DNA of 64,000 nucleotides from a bacterium. GTDB taxonomy: Bacteria; Patescibacteriota; Microgenomatia; Curtissbacterales; GWA2-41-24. The position numbers and the translations under genes are program-made. The notes under the pieces were generated by a model. That model made no database searches and was not told where the DNA came from. It saw only the letters and a program-made list of their open reading frames with translations. Below, one piece after another: positions 19,660-29,471 of this stretch. Position 1 is the stretch's first letter. Each line of letters begins with the position of its first letter. The stretch covers positions 137,744 to 201,743 of the forward strand of contig JAKAJD010000001.1 in NCBI GenBank assembly GCA_021813945.1, given 5' to 3'.

Positions 19660-21640
19660 TTTTTCAGCAATAGTTCTTGCAGGCGGAAAAGGCAAAAGAA
19701 TGAATTCCACCTTACCAAAAGTCCTCCACCGAGTGGGAAGCGTAACCATGCTTGAAAGAACAGTTAAATTACTCAAGAGTATAAATCCTACCCAGACAAT
19801 CGTAGTTTGCAACAAAGAGAATATATTAAGTATTCAAAAAGTATTAGGGAATCAAGTGTCGTATGCCACACAAACTCGCTCAAACGGCACGGCAGATGCT
19901 GTGTCAACTGCTATCAACGCCGAAAATCTAACTGAAAACACAATTGGTATTTTTTATGGGGACGATACCTCGCTTTACAAGGCTGAAACGATAAAAAAAG
20001 TCTATTCTAAGCACCTTAAAAGTAATGCAGCGATTACGTTTATTACTGTTATAAAGCAGGACCCAACAGGGCTCGGTAGGATTGTTCGCAAAAATTCAAA
20101 AGTTCTGGCAATAGTTGAAGAAAAAGACGCAAACGAAAGTCAGCTTAAAATTAAAGAAGTTAGCGACGGCGTTTATTTTTTCCAAAAAAAATGGTTGGTG
20201 GAAAATGTCTCAAGCCTTACACCTTCAAAAGCAACAGGGGAACTTTACTTGACTGACTTAATCGAATTAGCCATTTCCCAAAACCAAAAAGTCGAAACAT
20301 ACACTCTTGAAGACTCAAGCCAATGGCAGGGAATTAACAGTCCCATTGAGCTGGCACAAGCCAACTTAAAACTATCAAAAAAAATTCATTTCATGGGGAT
20401 CTCCGGTGCCGGGGCCGCGGCTGTTGCGGGAATTGCCAGAGGGTTCGGATACGATGTGACAGGATGTGACATAAATAAAAAAAGTCCTTATACGTCAAAA
20501 CTCAATGTGCCGATAGAAAAAGGCCACAACATATCACACATAGAAGGAATCAGCGTACTTATCGTCTCACCGGCGGTTTTAATCTACGATCCCCAAAATC
20601 CCGAACTTGTCGAGGCCCGCGCAAAAGGAATACCGATTGTAACCTGGCAGGAGTTCCAGGGTAAAATTCTGCAAGGCGGGAAATTTGTAATAGCTGTGGC
20701 GGGCGCTTACGGAAAATCTACAACAACGGCAATGATAGCCAAGATTTTAACTGACGCGAGGCTCGACCCAACATGCGAAATCGGTGCGGCCGTTCTCGAA
20801 TGGGAAGGTAACTTTAGGATAGGAAATTCAAGGTATTACATATGTGAAGCAGACGAATACTTCAATAACTTCCTAAACTACAAACCGGATATCGCAGTAA
20901 TTCTAAATACAAAATGGGAACACCCGGACTTTTTTAAATCGCCCGAAGACCTCGCAGATTCCTATCAAAAATTTATAAAAAACATCAAAGTTGGAGGCAA
21001 GCTAATCATTTCCAAAAATGACCAAAAATTAGCATCAGTCCAAGAAGACACAACTGTTATAAACGTCGAGGATTTCAATATAAGTAATCTATCATTAATT
21101 GGAGATTTCAGAAGGGAAAATGCTAATTTTGCGCTCACAGTAGCAAAAACCCTGAATCTCGATTTAAAAAAGGCAACCCAATCAGTCATATCTTTTAAGG
21201 GGCTTGGAAGAAGGCTTGAGAAAAAGGGTGAGATAGGGCAAACGGTATTTTATGATGATTATGCAGTCCAACCATACACAATCAAAACCACGGCTAATGC
21301 TCTGGCAGCCAAATTTGGAAACAAAAAAGTTCTTTTGGTTCTCGAACCGCACATGCACTCTAGAATAAAAAGATTTTTTAGCGAATTTGTGTCGGCACTT
21401 GAATCGGTCCAGGCAGATATCTATATTACAGATGTTTTCACGGCTCGTGAAAAATCAGAAAATGAGAATATATCCAAAAGATTACAAGAATCACTTGGCC
21501 AAAAGGCAAAATATACAGGGTCTATAGAAAACACTGCACAAGTTGTAGCCAAAAACCTAAAAGATTATGATGTTGTTTTGTCAATGGGAGCAGGAGATGT
21601 ATATAAACTGTACGACCTAACAAAAGTTAAAAATGGATAA
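19649..21640 (+). CDS. murC: fusion of GlmU N-terminal uridyltransferase and MurC-like ligase
   Basis: LAGGKGKRMNS..PKVLH, GLGRIVR..IVEEKDA, GELYLTD, QGIN; then IHFMGISG, GKSTTT, EADE, GRRLE, DDYA, MGAGDV. Confidence 0.88.
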   Translation: MKNSFSAIVLAGGKGKRMNSTLPKVLHRVGSVTMLERTVKLLKSINPTQTIVVCNKENILSIQKVLGNQVSYATQTRSNGTADAVSTAINAENLTENTIGIFYGDDTSLYKAETIKKVYSKHLKSNAAITFITVIKQDPTGLGRIVRKNSKVLAIVEEKDANESQLKIKEVSDGVYFFQKKWLVENVSSLTPSKATGELYLTDLIELAISQNQKVETYTLEDSSQWQGINSPIELAQANLKLSKKIHFMGISGAGAAAVAGIARGFGYDVTGCDINKKSPYTSKLNVPIEKGHNISHIEGISVLIVSPAVLIYDPQNPELVEARAKGIPIVTWQEFQGKILQGGKFVIAVAGAYGKSTTTAMIAKILTDARLDPTCEIGAAVLEWEGNFRIGNSRYYICEADEYFNNFLNYKPDIAVILNTKWEHPDFFKSPEDLADSYQKFIKNIKVGGKLIISKNDQKLASVQEDTTVINVEDFNISNLSLIGDFRRENANFALTVAKTLNLDLKKATQSVISFKGLGRRLEKKGEIGQTVFYDDYAVQPYTIKTTANALAAKFGNKKVLLVLEPHMHSRIKRFFSEFVSALESVQADIYITDVFTAREKSENENISKRLQESLGQKAKYTGSIENTAQVVAKNLKDYDVVLSMGAGDVYKLYDLTKVKNG

Positions 21641-22625
21641 ATATCAAGAATTTAAAAACACCATTGGTCCTCTTAGGGTTTTTGAAAACGAACCTCTTTC
21701 CCGTCATACTTATTTTAAAATAGGTGGCCCGGCAAAGCTGTTTTTTGAGGCCAAAACAGCAGACGATTTCAAACAAGCTTTGGCCTTGGCTACTAAACTT
21801 GGCATTCCTTACATAGTTTTAGGAATGGGGGCAAATGTTTTAGTCTCGGATAATGGTTTTAGCGGTCTTGTCATTAAAAACAAAGTAGACGAAGTCAAAT
21901 TGGTAGGCATCAAAGGCACACTGGGGAGAGACGGCAAAAGTATTAAAAGTGCCGTAGTTTGGGCAACTTCCGGAACCCTTATGAATCGGCTGGCAAGATT
22001 TACTATAGACGAAGGCTTGGAAGGCTTGGAATTTCTGCTGTCGGTTCCCGGTACAATTGGCGGGGGATTAAAAATTAATGCCCATTTCGAAGTTGAAAGG
22101 GAACAGTTTATTGGCAATAAACTCCAAACCGCGACTGTTTTTGATACCAAAAGCGGGGAAATTATAATACGCAAACAGGACTATTTTAATTTTGGATACG
22201 ATTATTCTAAGCTCCAGGAGACGCAAGAAATTGTTCTCGACGCAACCTTTCGGCTGGATGTTGCCAAGAACAAGGAAGCGTTATGGCAAGCTGCTATGGA
22301 TAACGTCAAAAGGAGAAACGAAGAGCAGCCAATCGGAATTGCTTGTTCAGGATGTGTTTTTAGAAACATCCAGCCCAAGGAGGCCATCCGACTTCAAACA
22401 CCGCATTTAACAACATCTACAGGCTACATCATAGACAGTTTAGGTCTTAAAGGTGAAAAAATAGGTGGTGCGGAAATCTCCAGACATCACGCAAATTTCA
22501 TCTTAAATACTCAAAATGCAACGGCTTCCGACGTGTTAGAATTGATTAAACTTATCAAAATTAAAGCCCAACAAAAGTACGGTTTAGACCTTAAAGAAGA
22601 GATTTTTTTAGTCGGTGACTTTTAA
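21633..22625 (+). CDS. murB: UDP-N-acetylenolpyruvoylglucosamine reductase
   Basis: HTYFKIGGPA, GANVLVSD, GLEFL..VPGTIGG, SGCVFRN, HANFILN. Confidence 0.95.
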   Translation: MDKYQEFKNTIGPLRVFENEPLSRHTYFKIGGPAKLFFEAKTADDFKQALALATKLGIPYIVLGMGANVLVSDNGFSGLVIKNKVDEVKLVGIKGTLGRDGKSIKSAVVWATSGTLMNRLARFTIDEGLEGLEFLLSVPGTIGGGLKINAHFEVEREQFIGNKLQTATVFDTKSGEIIIRKQDYFNFGYDYSKLQETQEIVLDATFRLDVAKNKEALWQAAMDNVKRRNEEQPIGIACSGCVFRNIQPKEAIRLQTPHLTTSTGYIIDSLGLKGEKIGGAEISRHHANFILNTQNATASDVLELIKLIKIKAQQKYGLDLKEEIFLVGDF

Positions 22626-22628
22626 AAA

Positions 22629-23885
22629 ATGGCAAAATTTCTAGTCGAAGGTAATAAAAAATTATCCGGAAAAATTCATGTAGCGGGCAATAAAAACTCC
22701 GTTTTGCCCCTGATGGCTGCCTGTATCTTAACCGCTGAAACTTGCGTAATCGAAAATGTTCCGGCGATATCAGACGTCTCAACTATGGCTAAACTCATGG
22801 AAATTTGTGGAGCAAAAATTCAAGGTGTCGGAACATCAACTCTTACCATAAATTGCCGTGAAATCAAAGCTGCTCCGCTTCCATCGGAATTGACCCAGAA
22901 ATTAAGAGCCTCGGTTTTACTTGTTGCTCCGCTAGTTTCTCGTGTAGGTGAAGTAACCATGGGCTATCCTGGCGGCGATGTTATTGGCAGAAGGCCTCTG
23001 GACGCTCATTTTCAGATACTTGAAGCAATGGGTGCCAAAATAAAGTCCTCACATGAATCTTTCAAAGTTACAGCTCAAAAATTTACACCCGGTGAAATAT
23101 TTTTAATGGAATCTTCAGTTACAGCAACTGAAAACGCGATTATGGCGGCAAGTTGCGCAAACGGCGAAACAGTCATTAAGCGGGCGGCTTCCGAACCTCA
23201 TGTAGTCGATCTATGCAATTTTCTTTGCAAAATGGGGGCAAAAGTAGAAGGGATTGGCACAAACGTTTTGAAAATCACAGGCGCCGAAACACTGCTGGCA
23301 GCGGTTCATGCAGTGCGTCCAGACCATATTGAAGTCGGTACTTTTGCGATTCTGGGCGCTATAGCCTGCGAAAAACTCGAAATCGCACCAGTTATCAAGG
23401 AGGATTTGGACATGATTCTCCTGACACTTTCTAAGTTTAATGTCAACTACAAATTGGCAGGGGACAAGCTCACCATAACAAGCGGAAAACTGAAGGCAGT
23501 TGAAAAAGTCGTGACCGATGTTTGGCCTGGTTTCCCCACAGATTTAATGGCTCCCATGATTGTTTTGGCAACACAGGCCGAAGGTGTCACAATTCTTCAT
23601 GACTGGATGTACGAGTCGCGCATGTTTTTTGTCGACAAGCTTCTTTCCATGGGTGCCAAAGTCGAAATTGCCGATCCTCATAGAGTTTTTGTCTATGGCC
23701 CAACAAAACTTCATGGAAGAAAACTCGACACGCCGGATATCCGTGCAGGGATTGCTCTGGTTATTGCCGCCCTGGCAGCAGACGGGAAAAGTGAAATCGC
23801 AAACTCCGAACTTATTGAGCGCGGTTACGAAAACATCGCCGAGAGGCTTTCTGAAATTGGCGCGGTAATTAAAAAATCAGCTTAA
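22629..23885 (+). CDS. murA: UDP-GlcNAc 1-carboxyvinyltransferase (Cys-to-Asp type)
   Basis: GNKNSVLP, LRAS, PGGDVIGRRP, SVTATEN, PGFPTDL, DIRAG, IERGYE. Confidence 0.96.
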   Translation: MAKFLVEGNKKLSGKIHVAGNKNSVLPLMAACILTAETCVIENVPAISDVSTMAKLMEICGAKIQGVGTSTLTINCREIKAAPLPSELTQKLRASVLLVAPLVSRVGEVTMGYPGGDVIGRRPLDAHFQILEAMGAKIKSSHESFKVTAQKFTPGEIFLMESSVTATENAIMAASCANGETVIKRAASEPHVVDLCNFLCKMGAKVEGIGTNVLKITGAETLLAAVHAVRPDHIEVGTFAILGAIACEKLEIAPVIKEDLDMILLTLSKFNVNYKLAGDKLTITSGKLKAVEKVVTDVWPGFPTDLMAPMIVLATQAEGVTILHDWMYESRMFFVDKLLSMGAKVEIADPHRVFVYGPTKLHGRKLDTPDIRAGIALVIAALAADGKSEIANSELIERGYENIAERLSEIGAVIKKSA

Positions 23886-23957
23886 AACTTCAATTAGCGC
23901 GTCATTACAATTTGTTCATTAACGCTGCCTATTGTATAATTCCAAATTGCCTATAAA

Positions 23958-25157
23958 ATGCCTCAGTCAGTCTATTTTGAAGTTGAAAATTGGAAAAAGC
24001 CATTACATATGGCAAAGGCAAGTCTTGCCAAGCTTTACTTGCAAATGTTGCCGAAAATTCAAGTGATTGGCATAACCGGAAGTGTTGGCAAAACCTTAAC
24101 TCAAAACGCAGTCTTTAAAGTTTTATCCCAAAAATACAATTGCGTAGTGGGCGGTGAAAATTTAGACCCGACCTTTAGAATTCCACAAGCTATTTTGCAT
24201 CTTAAACCATGGGACAACTTTTTGATCCTAGAATATGGGGTCGAACATCCGGGAGATATGGATTATTACTTGGATATCGCCAAACCGAATATTGCGGCAG
24301 TCACAAATATCGCTACTACTCACACAAAATACTTCAATAACACGACAGGCGTTTATGGAGAAAAATCAAAGCTAGTAAAAGCTCTTTCACCCTCGGGCTA
24401 CGCGATCGTCAATGGCGATGACAAGTTAAGTTCAAAGCTAAAACAGGAAACCCGCGCCAAAGTTTTAGTTGTGGGGAAAGAGGGGAAAAATGGCGTGAAA
24501 ATTTCCAATTTCAAACAGAATCTTGAAGGGTCAAGCTTTAGGATTCATTACAAAAGTCAGATGGTTCATGTTACTTGGAAAATTATCGGTCGTCATCAAC
24601 TCCTTGCAGCATACATTGCAACAACGATTGGGATTTTAAACAACGTTACTCTCAAGCAAATCGCAACAGGACTTTCTCAAGTTAAACCACCGGAGCACAG
24701 GTTAAGCCAAATCGTTACAAAAAGCTCAAACATTATAGATGACACCTACAATTCATCTCCAAAAGCCGCAATAGAATCGTTAAATACTTTAAAAGAAATT
24801 GGCAAAGGCCTCAAGAAGATCGCTATTTTGGGTGAAATGAAAGATCTGGGCCAACTTTCCAAAAGAGCCCATCAAAAAGTGGGTGAAGCCGTTGCCAAAA
24901 ACAGAATTAACGCTCTTATAACTGTTGGAGCACCTGCAGCTGAAATTGCCCTGTCAGCCAAAAAAAGCGGATTTAGCGGAAAAATCATAAATGTCACCAA
25001 TACAAAAGAAGCTACAAAAGCCGCAAGGCCATATGTTGGCAAAAAAGCGCTGATTCTTATTAAAGGCTCACGCCATGCTCATTTGGAAAGGGTTGTTTTC
25101 GGACTACTTCACAAATCGACCCAAATTTCCTGCTACCACTGCGGCAAGCTAAAATAA
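23958..25157 (+). CDS. murF: UDP-MurNAc-pentapeptide synthetase
   Basis: GITGSVGKT, LEYG..HPGDM, DDTYNSSP, LGEMKDLG, KGSR. Confidence 0.92.
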   Translation: MPQSVYFEVENWKKPLHMAKASLAKLYLQMLPKIQVIGITGSVGKTLTQNAVFKVLSQKYNCVVGGENLDPTFRIPQAILHLKPWDNFLILEYGVEHPGDMDYYLDIAKPNIAAVTNIATTHTKYFNNTTGVYGEKSKLVKALSPSGYAIVNGDDKLSSKLKQETRAKVLVVGKEGKNGVKISNFKQNLEGSSFRIHYKSQMVHVTWKIIGRHQLLAAYIATTIGILNNVTLKQIATGLSQVKPPEHRLSQIVTKSSNIIDDTYNSSPKAAIESLNTLKEIGKGLKKIAILGEMKDLGQLSKRAHQKVGEAVAKNRINALITVGAPAAEIALSAKKSGFSGKIINVTNTKEATKAARPYVGKKALILIKGSRHAHLERVVFGLLHKSTQISCYHCGKLK

Positions 25158-25173
25158 GATATAATAAGATACA

Positions 25174-26205
25174 ATGGTTCAAATTTTAGGCTTAATTTTG
25201 CTATCCTTTTTTACGATAAGCGTTCTCCTGGTCCCTTATATAAATCTCCTTTATCAAATTAAATTCATTCGCCAAAAACAAAAAACTAAAGATCTTTTTG
25301 AAGCAAGAACACCGATTTTTGATAGACTTCACGCCCACAAAGCCGGAACACCAGTTGGTGGCGGTGCCTTAATTATTTTTGTGGTCACATTTCTTTATTT
25401 GGTTATTTTTTACCTGTTTCCCTATTTAGGCATTACGCGAACTTCAGTTTATCCATATAAAAAGGAAATCGAGGTTTTACTTTTTACATTCCTTTCCTTT
25501 GGGGCGCTTGGTCTAGTAGATGATTTGAGAAAAACGTTTGGTTTTAAAAGAACCAAATTCTGGGGTTTAAGGTTTCGTTTTAAATTCATTGCCCAGTGGG
25601 TTCTTGCTCTCATTATTGCCTCCATGCTTTATTTTAGCCTTGGAATTTCCATCTTAAACATCCGTTTTTTTGACATTTTCAACTTAGGGCCATTTTATAT
25701 TCCATTTGCTGCATTTATCATTGTTTCTTTCACAAACGCGGTTAATATCTCAGACGGTTTAGATGGGCTGGCGGCTGGCCTTTTAGTAATTTGTTTGATT
25801 GCCTTTCTTATTATGTCTGCCTCCATTCTAGATACAACCCTTTCCATTTTTTTGGGCCTCTGGATCGGGGCATTAATTGCTTTTCTCTACTTTAACATTT
25901 GGCCGGCCAGAATCATCTTGGGAGATGTTGGCGCTCTTTCTTTCGGTGCAACTTTGGCCGTTGCCGGACTTCTTCTGGGAAAGCCCTTGGGCCTTACCAT
26001 AATTGGCGGAGTTTTTGTTTTGGAAGTCGCATCGTCTTTGATTCAAATTCTTTCCAAAAAGATCCGCAAGAAAAGAGTTTTTGAGGTTGCACCGCTTCAT
26101 CTTTGGGTTCAACATAAAGGATGGCAGGAACCCAAAATCGTCTTCAGGTTTTGGCTAGCCCAGGTAATTTTTGCGCTATTTGGTTTGTGGCTCTCATTTT
26201 TTTAG
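25174..26205 (+). CDS. mraY: phospho-MurNAc-pentapeptide transferase
   Basis: KAGTPVGGG, GLVDD, NAVNISDGLDGLA, PARIILGDVG, APLH. Confidence 0.96.
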   Translation: MVQILGLILLSFFTISVLLVPYINLLYQIKFIRQKQKTKDLFEARTPIFDRLHAHKAGTPVGGGALIIFVVTFLYLVIFYLFPYLGITRTSVYPYKKEIEVLLFTFLSFGALGLVDDLRKTFGFKRTKFWGLRFRFKFIAQWVLALIIASMLYFSLGISILNIRFFDIFNLGPFYIPFAAFIIVSFTNAVNISDGLDGLAAGLLVICLIAFLIMSASILDTTLSIFLGLWIGALIAFLYFNIWPARIILGDVGALSFGATLAVAGLLLGKPLGLTIIGGVFVLEVASSLIQILSKKIRKKRVFEVAPLHLWVQHKGWQEPKIVFRFWLAQVIFALFGLWLSFF

Positions 26206-26988
26206 ATGCAAAGGAAAAAACCTATCGGTATATTTGACTCCGGTGTCGGTGGTTTATCAGTTCTTATAGAAATTAAAAAACTTCTTCCAAAAGAAAATTT
26301 AGTTTTTTTAGCAGACCAAAAAAATGTTCCGTACGGCCTAAAAACTCAAAAGCAGTTAGAAAAAATAACAGAAAATATTACTCGATTTTTACTTGGACAT
26401 GATATAAAAATGCTGGTTATTGCCTGCAACACTGCCACTTGTTATTCGCTCTCTCACCTTAGAAAAACGTTTTCCATTCCAATAATCGGAGTTGTACCGG
26501 CCATAAAGCCGGCAGCTAAAAAGACCCAGAAAGGCAAAATTGCCGTTATGTCTACACCCGCCACCGCAAAAAGTTCCTATTTGAAAAAACTTGTAAAGGA
26601 CCACGCTCCCACATCAAAAGTACTTAGAATTGGCTGTCACGGTTTGGAGGACCATGTTGAGGAATTGAATTACCAGGCAATTCGAAAAACGCTTCCTAAA
26701 TTCGCAAAAAGAATTGAAAATTTCGGCGCAGACGTTTTGGTATTAGGCTGCACCCATTACCCACTCATAAAAGATGAAATTAAAAAAAATCTGAATCCAA
26801 AAATAAAAGTTATAGATTCGGGAAAAGCCGTCGCCCAAAGAGTGAAATTTATCCTCAACCAAAATAAAATTTCCTCAAAGGAAAAAATGTACGAAATCTA
26901 TTACACTACGTCGGATACGGCTAAATTCTCCAAAGTCGCATCAACTCTTCTTGATACGGAAATTAAAGCCCAAAAAGCAGTATTTTAA
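26206..26988 (+). CDS. murI: glutamate racemase
   Basis: FDSGVGGLSV, VPYG, IACNTA, LGCTHYP. Confidence 0.97.
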   Translation: MQRKKPIGIFDSGVGGLSVLIEIKKLLPKENLVFLADQKNVPYGLKTQKQLEKITENITRFLLGHDIKMLVIACNTATCYSLSHLRKTFSIPIIGVVPAIKPAAKKTQKGKIAVMSTPATAKSSYLKKLVKDHAPTSKVLRIGCHGLEDHVEELNYQAIRKTLPKFAKRIENFGADVLVLGCTHYPLIKDEIKKNLNPKIKVIDSGKAVAQRVKFILNQNKISSKEKMYEIYYTTSDTAKFSKVASTLLDTEIKAQKAVF

Positions 26989-26990
26989 AA

Positions 26991-28355
26991 ATGCTAAAGT
27001 CCCAAAAAATTATAGTTTACGGTTTGGGCAAAGAAGGCGCAGCGGCTGCATTGTTTCTTTCCAAATCAAATGATGTCACCGCAATCGACGATAGAAAAAA
27101 ATCTGACTTCGAAAACGATCTTCTTGACCGGCTGGAAAGTGCAAAAATCAAACTATATTTTCAAAACGAAAATCCGAAATCAGAAAAATTTGATTACATT
27201 TTGCGCTCCCCGGGTATCAGGCCGGATAACCCAAAAATAAAAGCCTACATTTTAAATGGAGCAAAACAAATCACTTCAACTGGCATTTTTTTTGAAGATT
27301 GTCCCGGGCAAATAATCGGTGTGACTGGCACCAAAGGCAAAGGCACAACCTCGACTTTAATTTATGAAATACTAAAAGCTTCAGGTGCGGATGCCCACAT
27401 TGCCGGAAATATCGGCACGCCAATGCTTGAGGTTTTGCCCAAACTATCCCAAAAGAGCTTTGTCGTTTTAGAGCTTTCCAGTTTTCAGCTTATGGATCTT
27501 AAAAAAAGCCCCTATGTAGCAGTTGTTCTAATGGTTACCTCGGAACACTTGGATTGGCACAAAGACCACGCCGAATACTTACGGTCTAAACTGCCCATTA
27601 TTTCCAGTCAGTCATCAAAGGATTTTGCCGTTATAAATTGGGACTATCCAAATTCTAAAGCGTTTGCAGCCTCAACTGATGCAAAAACAATTTCTTTTTC
27701 AACAATCGGAAAATCAGCCGATATTTACGTTGATGGTCAAAATATAATCTCAAACGTTAAATTGACAGGGCAAAAGATATTATCGATTGAAAAAATTAAA
27801 TTGCCGGGACGGCACAATTTGCAAAATGTTTGTGCTGCAGTTGGTGCGGCTCAAGCCCTTGGCATCGAAAATCGCTTTATCCAAAAGGCAGCATACACAT
27901 TTTCCGGTTTACCAAATCGCCTGGAGCTTATAGCCGAGATAAACGGCGTTTCTTATTACAACGATTCCTTTTCCACAACTCCGGAAACAACGATAGCTGC
28001 AATCGAAGCTTTCCAAAAACCCAAAGTGCTAATCCTTGGCGGTTCATCGAAAAAAGCTGATTTTTCAGACCTTGCCAAAACAATTGCCGACTCCTCGTCA
28101 ATCCGTGCGTTAATCTTAATAGGTGCAGAAGCCAAAAGCATAAAAGACGCATTGGCAAAATATAAACTCAAGCCTCCGACATCGGAAGGCGCCAGAAACA
28201 TGCAGCAAGCAATAGCCCAAACTCTCAAATTTTCAAAAGCAGGGGACGTTGTCCTTCTTTCTCCGGCCTGTGCTTCATTTGATATGTTCAAAAATTATCA
28301 GGATAGGGCCGAGCAATTTAAGATGGAAGTTTCAAAAATCAAAACGCCTCAATAA
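26991..28355 (+). CDS. murD: UDP-MurNAc-L-Ala:D-Glu ligase
   Basis: SPGI, GTKGKGTT, GNIG, ELSSFQL, EHLDWH, NDS, LSPACASFDMF. Confidence 0.96.
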   Translation: MLKSQKIIVYGLGKEGAAAALFLSKSNDVTAIDDRKKSDFENDLLDRLESAKIKLYFQNENPKSEKFDYILRSPGIRPDNPKIKAYILNGAKQITSTGIFFEDCPGQIIGVTGTKGKGTTSTLIYEILKASGADAHIAGNIGTPMLEVLPKLSQKSFVVLELSSFQLMDLKKSPYVAVVLMVTSEHLDWHKDHAEYLRSKLPIISSQSSKDFAVINWDYPNSKAFAASTDAKTISFSTIGKSADIYVDGQNIISNVKLTGQKILSIEKIKLPGRHNLQNVCAAVGAAQALGIENRFIQKAAYTFSGLPNRLELIAEINGVSYYNDSFSTTPETTIAAIEAFQKPKVLILGGSSKKADFSDLAKTIADSSSIRALILIGAEAKSIKDALAKYKLKPPTSEGARNMQQAIAQTLKFSKAGDVVLLSPACASFDMFKNYQDRAEQFKMEVSKIKTPQ

Positions 28356-29471
28356 ATGGACAACCAAAGAACCGTTTTAAAAGCTCAAAAAAGCGCTCTC
28401 GATTATCCTCTTCTTATAACCGGCGCAGCCCTTGTCATAATTGGGCTTATTGCCATCTATGATGCTTCAGTCGTTTCTGCTTTTCACGATTTCGGTGATA
28501 AATTTCACTACATAAAAAACCAGTTGGTATGGGCAACTTTAGGTTCCTTTAGCCTGGTATTTTTTAGTTTTTTTGATTACCATAAACTTGTAAAACTGGG
28601 GTCTCTGATTCTTGGTGCATCAATTATTCTTTTGGGCCTTGTTCTTATCCCGCACATCGGAACGGAAGCTTTAGGGGCCAGGCGCTGGATAAATATTGGA
28701 TCATTTAACTTTCAGCCATCGGAATTTACCAAACTGGCAATTATTTTCTACGCAACGGCAATTATCTCCAAATTCGAACATTTCAAAATTACCCTTTACG
28801 ACGCAGCCATTGTTTATTTTTTGCCCATAATGATTGCAGCTGGCTTGGTTTTTTTCCAACCGGATTTTGGAACGGACATCATCTTTTTAAGCTTGGCCCT
28901 TATCGTATACTTTGTCGGAAACGCTCCTATTTGGCATTTCCTTTTAAGTTTGCCGGTTTTGGTTTTAGGCGGGCTTTTTGTCATCATCACCGAACCTTAT
29001 AGGCTTGAACGCTTGAAAGCATTTTTGGACCCGACTTACGATCCCAAAGGCGCTTCCTATCAGATCAACCAAATAATTATCGCCTTGGCAACCGGCGGTT
29101 TTTTAGGGGTGGGGCTTGGAGGCTCTCGGAGCAAATTTGAATTTATTCCCGAAGTCCAAAACGACGCAATTTTTGCTGTAATTGTTGAAGAATTGGGTTT
29201 TTTGGGCGCCTTAGTTCTTATTGGTCTATTTCTTTTTCTTTTAACCCGAGCCATAAAAATAGCCAGAAGCGCGCCCGATTTTATAGGCAAAGTTTTAGGA
29301 GCCGGGCTTGTGGGGCTTTTAGCATCGCAAATTTTTCTAAACTTGGCATCAAATGTGGCCCTAGTTCCTTTAACCGGAATTCCGCTTCCGTTTATATCCT
29401 ACGGCGGCTCGTCTCTTTTTGTTACCTTAAGTGCACTTGGCATACTTTTAAATATCAAAAGGCAATCATGA
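28356..29471 (+). CDS. ftsW: SEDS peptidoglycan polymerase FtsW
   Basis: GARRWI, QPSEFTK, QPDFGT, PLTGIPLPFISYGGSS; dcw context. Confidence 0.95.
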   Translation: MDNQRTVLKAQKSALDYPLLITGAALVIIGLIAIYDASVVSAFHDFGDKFHYIKNQLVWATLGSFSLVFFSFFDYHKLVKLGSLILGASIILLGLVLIPHIGTEALGARRWINIGSFNFQPSEFTKLAIIFYATAIISKFEHFKITLYDAAIVYFLPIMIAAGLVFFQPDFGTDIIFLSLALIVYFVGNAPIWHFLLSLPVLVLGGLFVIITEPYRLERLKAFLDPTYDPKGASYQINQIIIALATGGFLGVGLGGSRSKFEFIPEVQNDAIFAVIVEELGFLGALVLIGLFLFLLTRAIKIARSAPDFIGKVLGAGLVGLLASQIFLNLASNVALVPLTGIPLPFISYGGSSLFVTLSALGILLNIKRQS

